Shown: piece by piece, positions 49,781 through 60,200 of the stretch | Layout of the letters: each line of letters opens with the position of its first letter | How positions within the stretch are numbered: position 1 is the stretch's first letter | Virus record (IMG/VR): IMGVR_UViG_3300006116_000009 | Reading direction: 5' to 3' (one strand) | Source: an uncultured virus (IMG/VR IMGVR_UViG_3300006116_000009) | Taxonomy: Duplodnaviria; Heunggongvirae; Uroviricota; Caudoviricetes | Length of the DNA stretch: 64,000 nt | Position numbers and translations under genes: made by a program | Notes under the pieces: model-generated | What the model saw: the letters and a program-made list of their open reading frames with translations, nothing else | What the model was told of the DNA's origin: nothing | The model's database searches: none

Positions 49781-50698
49781 ATGAGTTCATTATTTACCAA
49801 AGCGACCAAGGCGCAAGCCAAGGCTCGCATCGCAGTCACCGGACCTTCGGGGTCGGGTAAGACTTACAGCGCATTGGCGTGGGCGACAGTCCTAGCCGAT
49901 GGTGGCAAGATTGCCGTGATTGACACTGAACGTGATTCGGCAAAGTTGTACGCAGACCGTTTTGAGTTCGACACCCTTTCAATGGGTGCGCCGTACCACC
50001 CAGACCGTTTGGTCGAAGTGCTAAAGGTAGCCGAGCAAGAAGGCTACGCCGTTGTTGTCATTGACAGCCTTACCCACTTTTACAACGGGTCAGGTGGCTT
50101 GCTCGAGTTGGTGGACTTAGCCGCTACCAAATCTGGTGGCAATGGTTTCGCCGGTTGGAAAACAGGTACGCCAATCCAACAGCGAATGGTGGACACCATT
50201 TTGAACTTCAATGGTCACATCATTAGCACTATGCGTTCTAAGACCGAGTACACCTTGGAAAAGGACGAACGTACCGGACGTACCGCCCCCAAGAAAGTCG
50301 GTCTTGCCCCTCAACAGCGTGACGGTATCGAATACGAATTCACGTTGGTAGTCGAGATGGACACTGACCACCGCACCATTATCGGCAAGACACGTTGCGA
50401 AGCACTTGCCGACAAGGTGTTCCCCTCAAGCAAGGGCGAAGAAGCGGCGCAGATTTTCGACACGTGGCTGAAGTCGGGCGACCCACTTGTTAGCGACACC
50501 GAACGTGACGCATTGGACGGACGTATCCGTTCACTGACCCCAGCCCAGCGTCGTGTCCTTGCCTCTAAGTGGGGCGAAGCAAATCTGCCCAAGGTGGCTT
50601 CTTTGACCCAGAACCGCCTTGCGGAAGCAGAATCGTTGGTTGCCAGTTGCGCCAACGTGGAAAGCGAAACGCCAACCGACGAGGTTGTACCGGAGTAG
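49781..50698 (+). CDS. Sak4-like AAA/RecA-fold recombinase ATPase
   Basis: GPSGSGKT Walker A; IDTE; VVIDSLTH Walker B; QRDG.EYEF. Confidence 0.85.
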   Translation: MSSLFTKATKAQAKARIAVTGPSGSGKTYSALAWATVLADGGKIAVIDTERDSAKLYADRFEFDTLSMGAPYHPDRLVEVLKVAEQEGYAVVVIDSLTHFYNGSGGLLELVDLAATKSGGNGFAGWKTGTPIQQRMVDTILNFNGHIISTMRSKTEYTLEKDERTGRTAPKKVGLAPQQRDGIEYEFTLVVEMDTDHRTIIGKTRCEALADKVFPSSKGEEAAQIFDTWLKSGDPLVSDTERDALDGRIRSLTPAQRRVLASKWGEANLPKVASLTQNRLAEAESLVASCANVESETPTDEVVPE

Positions 50699-50737
50699 TT
50701 TCCCACCAGAAACGCCACGTACCCCTGTGTGGCTACC

Positions 50738-50779
50738 AAACCCCCCGACCTATGCCCCAACGTAGGTTCGGGGGGTTTT
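50738..50779 (+). terminator. Intrinsic terminator
   Basis: AAACCCCCCGACCTA...TAGGTTCGGGGGGTTTT. Confidence 0.75.
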
Positions 50780-50839
50780 GGACGTTCTAGGGCGTTTTAG
50801 CGTTAGCACTACCACCACACACCGCAGTATCACGTCACG

Positions 50840-50887
50840 CTACAAGATGTAGTGTCACCTTCGAAGCATCACCACTAGATGTTGTGC
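50840..50887. promoter_or_regulatory. Tandem NrdR-box-like operators
   Basis: ACAAGATGTAGTG (50842) and ACTAGATGTTGTG (50874), 32 bp apart; both fit ACWAnATnTWGTG. Confidence 0.6.
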
Positions 50888-50997
50888 AGTTTTGGAATTT
50901 TATGGGCAAGGCATGGGGCGCATAGTGAAATTCCGTCCACCCGTACACCACTGAAGTGATGTATTGTCACTAATCCGTTTCGCTCTACAGGGGGGTA

Positions 50998-51867
50998 TTG
51001 CCCGTGATACGTCGCAGTCCATCAGTCACACGACAGTCGTTCACCATTATGCCAAACATAACGCTTACCGATACACGTCTTTCGTGGGAAGCAAAAGGTA
51101 TGTTGGCGTACTTGATTAGCAAGCCGGACAATTGGGTCATCATGGTGAACCACTTGGTCAAGGAAAGTCCAAAGGCTGGGCGACAAAAAGTTTTGCGCAT
51201 CCTTGACGAACTAGAAGCCCTTGGGTACATCACCAACAACGGACAGTACATTGACAGCGAAAATGGTCACTTTTCGCACACCGAAAGGGTGGTACATGAG
51301 GTCGCAATTGGTACTGAAATACACATAATCCCTGATGGCACCGTGGACGGGTTTACCGTCAACGGTGGAACCGTCAACGGGTTTACCGTCAACGGTAAAC
51401 CTGCTCACCTAGTAAGTACTGAAGTTAAACAAGTACTGAATATAGAAAATACTGAAAATAGTTCTTTTGCATCACCCGAAAAATCGGGCGATGGACACAC
51501 TTCCGGCGAGGGGGTAGTGAAAAAGGCTCCAAAGGAAAAGCCGTACCAAGCGGAATTTGCCCAAGTGTGGAATTTGTACCCACGGAAAATCGGCAAGGGA
51601 AAGGCGCACGATAACTTCATTGCCAGAATTCGGGCTGGTGAAACTTTGGAACGGCTTTTGGAGGCGACACGAAATTATGCCGCCACCAGAATTGGACAAC
51701 CGGAAACCTACACACTTCACGGCGCAACGTTTTTTGGTTCGTCGCTTCGCTATCAAGATTTTCTTGCCACGGGTGCCGGAATGAGTGAAACTACTGCCCC
51801 CACCACACAGCGACCATCGGAAACCATGACTGCCATTGACAATTTCCTAAAACGACGGGGGCAGTAA
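50998..51867 (+). CDS. Replication initiator protein (wHTH N-domain)
   Basis: FT..PN....D.RLSW.AKG.L.YL.S.PD.W...L.ELE..GYI; C-terminal F...W..YPRK.GK..A...H.ATF; internal iterons. Confidence 0.85.
   Translation: MPVIRRSPSVTRQSFTIMPNITLTDTRLSWEAKGMLAYLISKPDNWVIMVNHLVKESPKAGRQKVLRILDELEALGYITNNGQYIDSENGHFSHTERVVHEVAIGTEIHIIPDGTVDGFTVNGGTVNGFTVNGKPAHLVSTEVKQVLNIENTENSSFASPEKSGDGHTSGEGVVKKAPKEKPYQAEFAQVWNLYPRKIGKGKAHDNFIARIRAGETLERLLEATRNYAATRIGQPETYTLHGATFFGSSLRYQDFLATGAGMSETTAPTTQRPSETMTAIDNFLKRRGQ
51340..51462. repeat. Putative replication origin: four 15-bp iterons plus AT-rich tract
   Basis: ACCGTGGACGGGTTT, ACCGTCAACGGTGGA, ACCGTCAACGGGTTT, ACCGTCAACGGTAAA (51340-51399), then an AT-rich region with three TACTGAA. 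Confidence 0.75.
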
Positions 51868-52406
51868 TGCAACCAGCGGAAACAGCAAACGTATGCTTCT
51901 TATTGGGAAGCGCATTTCCAGCGTGGCGTGTCAAGGACGAAACCATCGAGATGTGGCACATGATGTTGCAAGACCTTGATGGTGAAATAGTTACCGAAGT
52001 CGCCATGAATTGGATTGCCACCGAAGAACGCAACCCCACCATCGCCGGTATTCGACGTAAGTGCGCCGAGGTCACTAGCAATCTTTCACCAACCGCATTT
52101 GAAGCGTGGCGTGAAGTGAACGAAGGTCTTACCGAACACGGGCGTGAGTTTTACCGCAATGGAAATCGTTGGTCGCACCCCATCATAGAAAAAACCGTTA
52201 AGGCAGTTGGTTTTATGGCGTTGTGTTTTAGTGAAACCGCTGGGGTCGAACGGGCGCACTTTCTAAAGGCGTACAACGAACTAAAGACTGCACACGACAA
52301 TGAAATAATTAGCAGTGTTGCATTTGAACCGATGCGTGGTAATGTTGCATTATCTAACTCAACTGTGGTACAGTTAGAACAACCCTTTATTCAACTAGGT
52401 GCGTAG
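51867..52406 (+). CDS. Helicase loader/inhibitor (G39P-like)
   Basis: L..AFP.......W..ML.DL.......W.......PTIA.IR...AW.EV...RAHF.K.Y; coupled to the initiator gene. Confidence 0.75.
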   Translation: MQPAETANVCFLLGSAFPAWRVKDETIEMWHMMLQDLDGEIVTEVAMNWIATEERNPTIAGIRRKCAEVTSNLSPTAFEAWREVNEGLTEHGREFYRNGNRWSHPIIEKTVKAVGFMALCFSETAGVERAHFLKAYNELKTAHDNEIISSVAFEPMRGNVALSNSTVVQLEQPFIQLGA

Positions 52407-52417
52407 GAAAGAAAGAA

Positions 52418-52900
52418 ATGAATAAACGAACAATCGAAATCCTTACGGGTCTTTCTTTATTGGTGGCAGTGATTCTTGTAGTCCTGTTGTTCACCGTAAG
52501 TGGAAACAACAAGCCGACCCCAACGACCACCACTACCAACCTGAACGCACAGTGGGCTACGTGGCGTGGCAACGTGCTTCCTGTTATGAACCAAGCACAG
52601 GCTGACTACACACAAACCTTTAGTGCCTTGAGCAACAACGACACCGCTTCGGCAATTAAGTATTTTGCCAATCTGTCATCAGATGCGGCAAATCTAAGCA
52701 AGGTTGGCGATTCGCCAGACCCTGTGGTGAACGCTGACGTACAGACCCTTGCCAGCGCAATCCAAACCCTTGCGTCAGACGGACTGAACACTTTGAATGG
52801 CAACACCAGCCTTACGACCTTTCAGGCTGACGTAGAAGCGTACAGCAAGGCGTGTACGGCATTGGCAAATCAAATCACCGCAGACACGGTTAAGTACTAA
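52418..52900 (+). CDS. Membrane-anchored exported protein
   Basis: N-terminal TM helix, PTPTTTTT linker, helical ectodomain. Confidence 0.7.
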   Translation: MNKRTIEILTGLSLLVAVILVVLLFTVSGNNKPTPTTTTTNLNAQWATWRGNVLPVMNQAQADYTQTFSALSNNDTASAIKYFANLSSDAANLSKVGDSPDPVVNADVQTLASAIQTLASDGLNTLNGNTSLTTFQADVEAYSKACTALANQITADTVKY

Positions 52901-53091
52901 TGGCTATCTTTCGTGGCATTTGCGCAATAGTGTCGTTGATAGCAGTTGTAGCGTTCTGGGTTTTCTTGACCCTTTCAATTTTTCTACCAAGTTTGTATTG
53001 CGCCAAGTGGAGTTTTGCCACCCTTGTTTTTTGGCTAATCACATCAACCATTGCCGACCCCACCCCACGTGGACGTAAAAAAGTGCGGTAG
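52900..53091 (+). CDS. Small membrane protein
   Basis: Two hydrophobic segments; TAATG overlap. Confidence 0.5.
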   Translation: MAIFRGICAIVSLIAVVAFWVFLTLSIFLPSLYCAKWSFATLVFWLITSTIADPTPRGRKKVR

Positions 53092-53578
53092 TTGCCGTGA
53101 AATAAAGTCAGTAGATGACTTTGTAGCACGGCGTGATGGTTCAGGAAAGCACTTACCACGGTGCAAAGCGTGTCGTGACGCTGAAACGCAAACCAAGCGT
53201 CAAGAAGCACAAGAACGACAGCGTGAACGTCAGAAAAATAAGCAAGTGGAGCGCAAACCCACAAATCTGGCAAGAACACCCCTAAAACCAATGAGCGATA
53301 AGCGTAAATTGGTCAATAAACAGCGAAAAGAAGCGATGCTCGCCCATTTTGGCAAAAGGGAACTTTGGAAGTGCCAGATGCGTGACTTGATTGGTACGCC
53401 TTGTTTTGGTGAAATAAACGGACACGAAATCCTTAGCCGTGCAAGGTCGGGGCAAAGCGACGCAAACCTGTTGGATATGTCCGGCATTATCCTTGCCTGC
53501 AATCACCATAACGAGTGGTGCGAATCAAATCCCAAAGAAGCCCACGCACTAGGACTAACTAAGCATTTTTGGGAATAG
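53051..53578 (+). CDS. Zn-binding HNH-like protein
   Basis: CGSC...CKAC N-terminal finger; C...C...HE...R.R.G.......C..H..W....P..A..LGL. Confidence 0.65.
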   Translation: MPTPPHVDVKKCGSCREIKSVDDFVARRDGSGKHLPRCKACRDAETQTKRQEAQERQRERQKNKQVERKPTNLARTPLKPMSDKRKLVNKQRKEAMLAHFGKRELWKCQMRDLIGTPCFGEINGHEILSRARSGQSDANLLDMSGIILACNHHNEWCESNPKEAHALGLTKHFWE

Positions 53579-53595
53579 GGTCTAATCTATGGGGT

Positions 53596-54069
53596 ATGGC
53601 GAATCCTTTTGACACCAAAGAACTACTGAAATACGCATCGGAAGAACGAATTGCTAAGGCAATTGTTATGAATTCCGACGCAGGACGGGCTATGGGTGTG
53701 CCTGACCGCCCAGCCACCAAAAGCGAATTAAAGGAAATGCACCGCCAAGACAGTGAGGCTGTTGACACCCACGCCCGAGCGCAAGCAAAGCACCAAGCAA
53801 AAGCCGATGCGGCTAGGGCAAGCGGTGGAATTGCAAGTAAGGCACTTGCCGCATTTCACGACCACGAAGCGAAGAAGCATGGTGAAAAACTTGCCGACGC
53901 ACAATCACGTCTTGGCGAAGTGAAGCAAGAACTGTCAAACCGTTTTGGTGTTTCTATGGAAAGAACCGAACGTCGGGAGGGGGCTGGCATTACCCCTCCA
54001 TCAAGCGGAAGCGGTAGGGGAGCAAAGTTAGGTCACCCATTCTACGGAAATCAACACCAAGACGGTTAG
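53596..54069 (+). CDS. His/Ala-rich protein of the GHPFxGNQ family
   Basis: MANPFDTKELL leader, IAKA, His-spaced helices, C-terminal GHPFYGNQ. Confidence 0.75.
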   Translation: MANPFDTKELLKYASEERIAKAIVMNSDAGRAMGVPDRPATKSELKEMHRQDSEAVDTHARAQAKHQAKADAARASGGIASKALAAFHDHEAKKHGEKLADAQSRLGEVKQELSNRFGVSMERTERREGAGITPPSSGSGRGAKLGHPFYGNQHQDG

Positions 54070-54071
54070 TT

Positions 54072-54614
54072 ATGACCAAACAAAAAACGTACTGCGCCGT
54101 AAACCTCCACGTTAGTGAAATCAAGCGAGGCATGACGGGTTTCGCCAAGACCGACGGAACAATGGGTGCGCTTATTCGCTTTGGTGAAAAGTTGCGTTGG
54201 AAAGTTGGAAAGTACAACCACTGCTTCACCGTTGTCACCGAAGGGTCAAACTATGACGAAATAATTATTGTCCAAGCGACAATGAAGGGCGTAATTACCT
54301 CCACTTTGGAAAGCCTTATCGCTTCGTCAGAAATCGTGTCTATGTACGACATTACCGACCTTGGTGGCGACCTCGAAAAAGCGGCGTGGTTTGCCGAGCA
54401 ACAAATTGGCGACCCCTATGGGCTTTTGTCCGACATTTGCATCGGTGTGGACATTATTTCACCACAGTGGTTTTTGGAAACTCGCCGTGCAGGTACGTGG
54501 ATTTGTTCAGCACTAGCCCACGAAGCAATGCGTTACGCCGGTGTGTACTACGACGTGCCTGACGTGTACATGGTTTCACCAACCAACTTGCAAATTTTGA
54601 TGAACGTTGCTTGA
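54072..54614 (+). CDS. Permuted papain-like (NlpC/P60 YiiX/YaeF-type) amidase
   Basis: IR...YNHC...A...GV...A..QIG.PY...ICSAL, with His before Cys. Confidence 0.75.
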   Translation: MTKQKTYCAVNLHVSEIKRGMTGFAKTDGTMGALIRFGEKLRWKVGKYNHCFTVVTEGSNYDEIIIVQATMKGVITSTLESLIASSEIVSMYDITDLGGDLEKAAWFAEQQIGDPYGLLSDICIGVDIISPQWFLETRRAGTWICSALAHEAMRYAGVYYDVPDVYMVSPTNLQILMNVA

Positions 54615-54680
54615 CGTTTGCCACTCAACTGTGGTACGGTAGAATTACCGAACGAAGCGCACCATCACAAAGGATTACTT

Positions 54681-55049
54681 ATGCGAGAATCTTTGCTAAC
54701 GCAAATTGAAAAACAGCGTAATTACGACAAATGGAACAAAATCAACGCTAAAGACCCGTGGGTTGTTCAGCCCAGCATTTGGGAAAAGAAGCACGAATTT
54801 AGGGCTAACAAGTGGCACGAGCAAACGGTTGCCGTAGAACCTGAACGCCCAAGTGGTGAAATCATCTACACCCCCCACGATTGCCAGCGCCCCGGCGCAA
54901 CGACGTTGCCTATTGGAACAATCTGGGAGTGCCGTACCTACACCAAGAAAAACCCCGAAGGTATGTCATCAGTCTGCCGTGACCAATGGATTATTGAGGT
55001 AAGCGCCAACGGCGTAGCACTGTGGACGCTGTACAAGCGGTACTTTTAG
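54681..55049 (+). CDS. Hypothetical protein
   Basis: AAGGA SD; HDC.RP......GTIWEC. Confidence 0.6.
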   Translation: MRESLLTQIEKQRNYDKWNKINAKDPWVVQPSIWEKKHEFRANKWHEQTVAVEPERPSGEIIYTPHDCQRPGATTLPIGTIWECRTYTKKNPEGMSSVCRDQWIIEVSANGVALWTLYKRYF

Positions 55050-55249
55050 TGCCACGCCCAAAGAAAACGGCGGTTGCGGAAACACCTGAACCATCAGGTC
55101 ACGATGTAAGCATTGACCCATACAAGTCAGTGATGCTAAACACCACATTGTACGAAACGTATTGCACGTGTGGCTGGTGGCCCCCACGTTGGGTAAGCAA
55201 AGTACAAGCCGAATTGGAAGCAAAGAAGCACGTACTAAATCAAGGGTAG
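55049..55249 (+). CDS. Small hypothetical protein (CTCGW)
   Basis: TAGTG overlap; H...CTCGW...A..H. Confidence 0.5.
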   Translation: MPRPKKTAVAETPEPSGHDVSIDPYKSVMLNTTLYETYCTCGWWPPRWVSKVQAELEAKKHVLNQG

Positions 55250-55329
55250 CGTTATGGCTAACAACCCCACTCCAATCCCAAGCGTTCCTCGAATTAAGTA
55301 TTAGTGAAATCTACTAGTAGCCTTATAGG

Positions 55330-55812
55330 GTGACCTGTATAGCCGCTTGGAAAGACCGTAAGCAAGTGTGGATGGCTGGGGACGGTGGCGCATTTGACGA
55401 CACCACGGTCATTATTTCGGCAGAACCAAAGGTTTGGAAATCCGATACAAGTTTGGTTGGCGTAGCCGGTTCGTTCCGAATAATGGACATTCTTCGGAAA
55501 AGCAATATTGGCGACCCGTACAAAATCCGTGATTTTCTTATTAGCAAGTCTAACGAAGCAATTTTCCCTACTGACTGGTCAGTGTTGGTAGCCAATAAAA
55601 CGGGCATTTACGAAATAGGTTCCGATTTTGGCGTAGTGAAATCCGCCGAGAACTATGGGGCTACGGGGGCTAGCGCACAGTCAGCACTAAGCGCATTGTT
55701 TGTATTGGAACGTAAAGACGTGACACCACAGCAACGTATGGAATTAGTGATGAAAGCAACGGGCTACCACACCACAAACTCACGCCCACCTTTTACAGTT
55801 ATTTCGCTATGA
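55330..55812 (+). CDS. Ntn-hydrolase, HslV/proteasome-beta-like peptidase
   Basis: N-terminal MTCIA, MAGD, PKV, GVAGS, Y.ATG. Confidence 0.7.
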   Translation: MTCIAAWKDRKQVWMAGDGGAFDDTTVIISAEPKVWKSDTSLVGVAGSFRIMDILRKSNIGDPYKIRDFLISKSNEAIFPTDWSVLVANKTGIYEIGSDFGVVKSAENYGATGASAQSALSALFVLERKDVTPQQRMELVMKATGYHTTNSRPPFTVISL

Positions 55813-56510
55813 AAGGCGTTTCTAACAACCCTGCTGGACGACCCGTTACGTTGCCAAAAATCCCTTGCAAAAACTGCGGGCAAATATTTCAGCAAAAACA
55901 ACACGACAGATTTTATTGTTCGTCTGCCTGTGGCAATGGCGGTAAATGGAGCCGATACCCCCACCCAAAAGGAATGACGGGGCATAAGCACACTGAAGAA
56001 AACAAAAAACTGTATGCCGAACACTCACGGCAAAGAATGGCAAATGACAAAAAATTCAGGGAAAAGTCCATTACCGCAATGCGGAAAGGACGTGAGGAAC
56101 AACTACGACTGGGCGGAAGTCCGACTAAGCATTTTACTAGGGGCAAGGGGGGGAAACGAGCCGACTTGAATAACCAATACTTTAGGTCATCTTGGGAAGC
56201 AAACTACGCAAGATGGTTAAATTATTTGATTGGTACGGGGGAAATAGAAAGTTGGCAATACGAACCAAAAACCTTTGAGTTTCCGACAGACGCAGGTGCA
56301 AAGTTTTACACGCCGGATTTCTTGGTGAAAAAAACAAACGAATATGAGTGGCACGAAGTCAAAGGGTGGCTTACGGAACAAGGCAAGGAAAAGTTAAAAA
56401 GATTTGCATTGTTCTACCCAAACGAAAAACTAATATTAATTGACCAACAGGCGTATAGTGAAATAAAACTGCAAGCCAAAGAAACGCTGGAAAATTGGGA
56501 AAAAAAATGA
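55809..56510 (+). CDS. PD-(D/E)XK endonuclease with Zn finger and NUMOD3-like motif (homing-endonuclease-like)
   Basis: CKNC...YCSSAC; GHKHTEE; FRSSWEANYAR...YEP...YTPDF...EVKGW; locally AT-rich. Confidence 0.75.
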   Translation: MKGVSNNPAGRPVTLPKIPCKNCGQIFQQKQHDRFYCSSACGNGGKWSRYPHPKGMTGHKHTEENKKLYAEHSRQRMANDKKFREKSITAMRKGREEQLRLGGSPTKHFTRGKGGKRADLNNQYFRSSWEANYARWLNYLIGTGEIESWQYEPKTFEFPTDAGAKFYTPDFLVKKTNEYEWHEVKGWLTEQGKEKLKRFALFYPNEKLILIDQQAYSEIKLQAKETLENWEKK

Positions 56511-56875
56511 AGTCTTACACGGTTACGTATGAATCCCGTCCTAACTTTGGAATAAACAAAGAAAGAACCGTACACCACATGGTTAGGGCAAAAATAACAA
56601 AAGAATGGCGAAAGGCGTTTTGCGAATTAGCACAAGCGGCGATGATTCCGCACATGGAGCAGGTCGAAATTATTATTCAGCCTTACGTTCTAAATGCAAG
56701 GTATCGGCAAGACGTTGCATTTGGGTGCGCACCTTTAGCAAAAGCGGCTATTGACGGATTGGTAGATGCTGGGATACTTATTGACGACCACGCCCAAATC
56801 GTGGTAAAATTGACTTTCCTTGCGCCGAAGTACGGCAAAGACGGTTTATCGCTAACCATTGTTCAAGTCAAGTAG
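56507..56875 (+). CDS. rusA: RusA-like Holliday junction resolvase
   Basis: N.....H....K...WR...D......KAAIDGLVDAG.L.DD. Confidence 0.7.
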   Translation: MKSYTVTYESRPNFGINKERTVHHMVRAKITKEWRKAFCELAQAAMIPHMEQVEIIIQPYVLNARYRQDVAFGCAPLAKAAIDGLVDAGILIDDHAQIVVKLTFLAPKYGKDGLSLTIVQVK

Positions 56876-56947
56876 CACAAGGGTGTGACATAACACCACC
56901 CGACTTTGGAAACCCTACTATACTAAATCGGTACAAGGAGAAACACT

Positions 56948-57220
56948 ATGACCCCCAACGACGATTTCACTACCCCCCTCGACGCTCGCAAGGAAGTCGA
57001 AGCCGACTTTTCACCAGAAGTAGCATCGCTTCTTTCGCACATTCGTGACATCTGCCGTGAAATGCGCAAGCACGAACAGCAAGTCATTGAATTGGGTCGT
57101 GAACGTCGCCAGACCGTCACCCGACTTCGTGAAAAGGGTGTCACGTGGCGCAAGATTGCGGAGTGGGCTGAAACCACCGACCAAGCCTTGTACAAGCACC
57201 ACAACCGAGATACTAAGTAG
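56948..57220 (+). CDS. Small HTH DNA-binding protein
   Basis: LREKGVTWRKIAEWAETTDQALYK; AAGGAG SD. Confidence 0.75.
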   Translation: MTPNDDFTTPLDARKEVEADFSPEVASLLSHIRDICREMRKHEQQVIELGRERRQTVTRLREKGVTWRKIAEWAETTDQALYKHHNRDTK

Positions 57221-57286
57221 TTTTGCCGGTTATAGCAATTTCGCTATACTTGACCTAGCAACTAAACTAGGGTATAATAGTGATGT

Positions 57287-60200
57287 ATGCCTAGTTACCC
57301 GTTACTTGCAAATGCCGTTCGTGCTTTAGCCAATCAAGATGATGGCGCAGTTCGACGTGACGGTGTTGGCTTCAACGGTGGGGATACCAAGTTTGGCAAT
57401 CGCCTAGCCCAAGTACCAGACGAAGCGTGGTCGCCAGAAATGGCACTAGAAGCGTGGCAGATGCTGGGTAAGTACCGTGAGCAACTGCAACGGATAGGCA
57501 TTGACTTTAGCAAAGTCCCTGAACCAATCGTGTCCGAAAAATCAAAGGCTATTGCACGTGGTGTTAAGGCAGTAGACATTAGAAACAATCACGTGGTGGT
57601 GTTTATCCCCTACGGTGAGCCACTGTACCCTAAAGTCCCCCTGACCGCAGTATGGAACCGTGACATCAAAGGCTGGGTCGTAGCAAAGGAAAAGTACGGC
57701 GCAGTATTGGGCTGGGCTGAAAAGAACAAAGTGCCGGTATCTGACCGTGCCAAAGAATTTCTAGGCAAAGTACCGCCAATAGAAAATGCCAAATGGAATG
57801 GTGAAGTAGTTTTAGAAAAAGGGCAACTTGTAATCAGGTTTGACTACAACGTAGAAATCCTTGATTCCGTCCGTAGCCTAAGCCAACGTCATTACAACGC
57901 CGAAGACAAAACGTGGTCTACCCCAAAAGAAAACGTAATGGCAGTCAAGGAATTGGCAGCGAAGCACCAACTTTTCCTGACCGAAGATGTCAAGCGATTG
58001 CACGGCGAAGAAATCAAACCTTGCCCCAAGATTGGCGTGTTGCATGACAAATTTGCCATCACCTTCAACTACCAATCAAACATGGTCAGCGAAATTAGGC
58101 AGATGCCTGGGTCTGTGTGGTCACCAGACGAACGTGTTTGGGTTATCCCTGTAGAAAGTGTCCAAGAAGTAAGGGATTTCGTCACCAAGCACGAAGTTGA
58201 AATTTCCAAAGATGCGGAACTGTTGTTTATCGAAGCAGACACGGTGGCAGAAATTATCGAGTCATCACAGGCGCACGATGCCGACATTGACATCAAGGGG
58301 TTTGGTGACGAGCAGTACAAATTGTTCCCGTTCCAACGTGCCGGTGTTGCTTACGCTATGCAAGCAATGGGATACGAACACCACGAAGGCGAATGGAAGC
58401 AAAACACGCCAACCACTGGTGGCGTACTTGTAGGCGACGAAATGGGATTAGGTAAGGCGCAGGTTCACGGAACAAAAGTTCTTACGCCTAAGGGCTGGAC
58501 AAACATTGAGAACTTATCGGTTGGCGATGAGGTGATTGGGTCTAACGGACACGCCACAAAAGTCACGGGAGTATTCCCTCGTGGCGAAATGGATGTGTTC
58601 ACCGTTGGCTTCAATGACGGTTCAACCTTAGACGTATCGGGCGACCACCTATGGGCAGTTCAGAGTGTCCAAAACGGATACCGTAAGCCCGACGAATGGC
58701 AAGTTAGAGATACTAACTACCTCGCAGAAAATCTCATAGACGGCGCTGGCAACTCAAAATGGAAAATCCCATTAGTTCAGCCTGTTTACTTTGAGGGCAA
58801 CGAACCGCTACCAATTGACCCTTACCTTTTAGGAGTGCTGTTGGGTGACGGTTGTTTAGGCGGTGCGAGCATAAGTGTCACATCAGCAGATGAATTTATT
58901 ATTGAGGAAGTCAAAAAGCGTATACCTGAGGGTATGGGTATGACTAAGCACGGCGAATACGACTATCGCCTTGTATCACCAAGGGCAGGTCTGCCAAATG
59001 AACTAGGGCGCACGCTAAGTAAGTTGGGGCTTCGCCTAGGGTCTGGCGAAAAGTTTATTCCCGAAATGTACTTACGCTCAACGCCCGAAAACCGCCTTGC
59101 CCTGTTGCGTGGTCTAATGGACACTGACGGATTTGCCGGTAAAGACGGAACGAACGAGTTTGTAAGCATTAGTAAAGACCTTGCTGATGGGGTGACGGAG
59201 TTGGTTCAAAGTCTCGGCGGTGTAGTGCGCCGTAGCACTAAGCAACCTACAAAAAACGGTGCTGATTACGGTCAGTTGGCGTATCGGGTAAATATAAAGT
59301 TGATGGACTGTCCATTCTTTATGCCACGCAAAGCAAATGATTGGGTCAAGCCAACCAAGTATCCACCTAACCGAAACATAAAGTCAATTACGCCCAATGG
59401 TCGTGGGCAGGTGACTTGTATTGCCGTGGAAGCACAAGACCACTTATACGTCACAGAGCATTACCTAGTGACGCACAACACACCGCAGGGTCTAGCCATT
59501 GTCAAAGCGGCTAATGCTTTTCCAGCAGTCATAGTCGTCCCAGCCAGCCTGAAACTGAACTGGGAACGGGAAGCCAAGCGTTGGATAAAGGGCGTGAAGG
59601 TAGCCGTTCTAGGTGGCACTACGGGCGAAGTACCCGAAGCCGAAATCTACGTCATCAACTACGACGTACTTACCCATTGGGTGGATAAATTTCCACATAT
59701 CAAGGCATTGGTCTTGGACGAAAGCCACTACATCAAGAACGGGTCAGCACAGCGTTCCAAAGCGTGTGTACGCCTGTCGGACAAGGTGGTCGAGGGTGGC
59801 ATACGTGTCTGCCTATCAGGGACACCTATCGTCAATCAGCCCACGGAAATCATCACCCAACTACGGGTTATCAACCGTCTAGATGAATTCGGTGGTGCGA
59901 CTAAGTTTCGCAACACCTATGGTAGTGCTAGTGGTCGAAGCCTTGCCGCCCTGAACCGCAAACTACGTTCCACCTGTTACGTTCGTCGCCGGAAAGCCGA
60001 CGTGCTAACTGAACTGCCCCCAAAGCGTTGGTCGCAAGTGTTCGTCGAAGGCAACGCCAAGGTGATGAAGGAATACCGTGAAGCGGAAGCAGACATTGTA
60101 AATTACCTAGCCGACCTAGCACGGGAAATTGCATTGGAATCGGGCGCAACGGATAAAGAAGCACAAAACGAAGCGTGGCGCAAAGCACTAAAGGCTCGAG

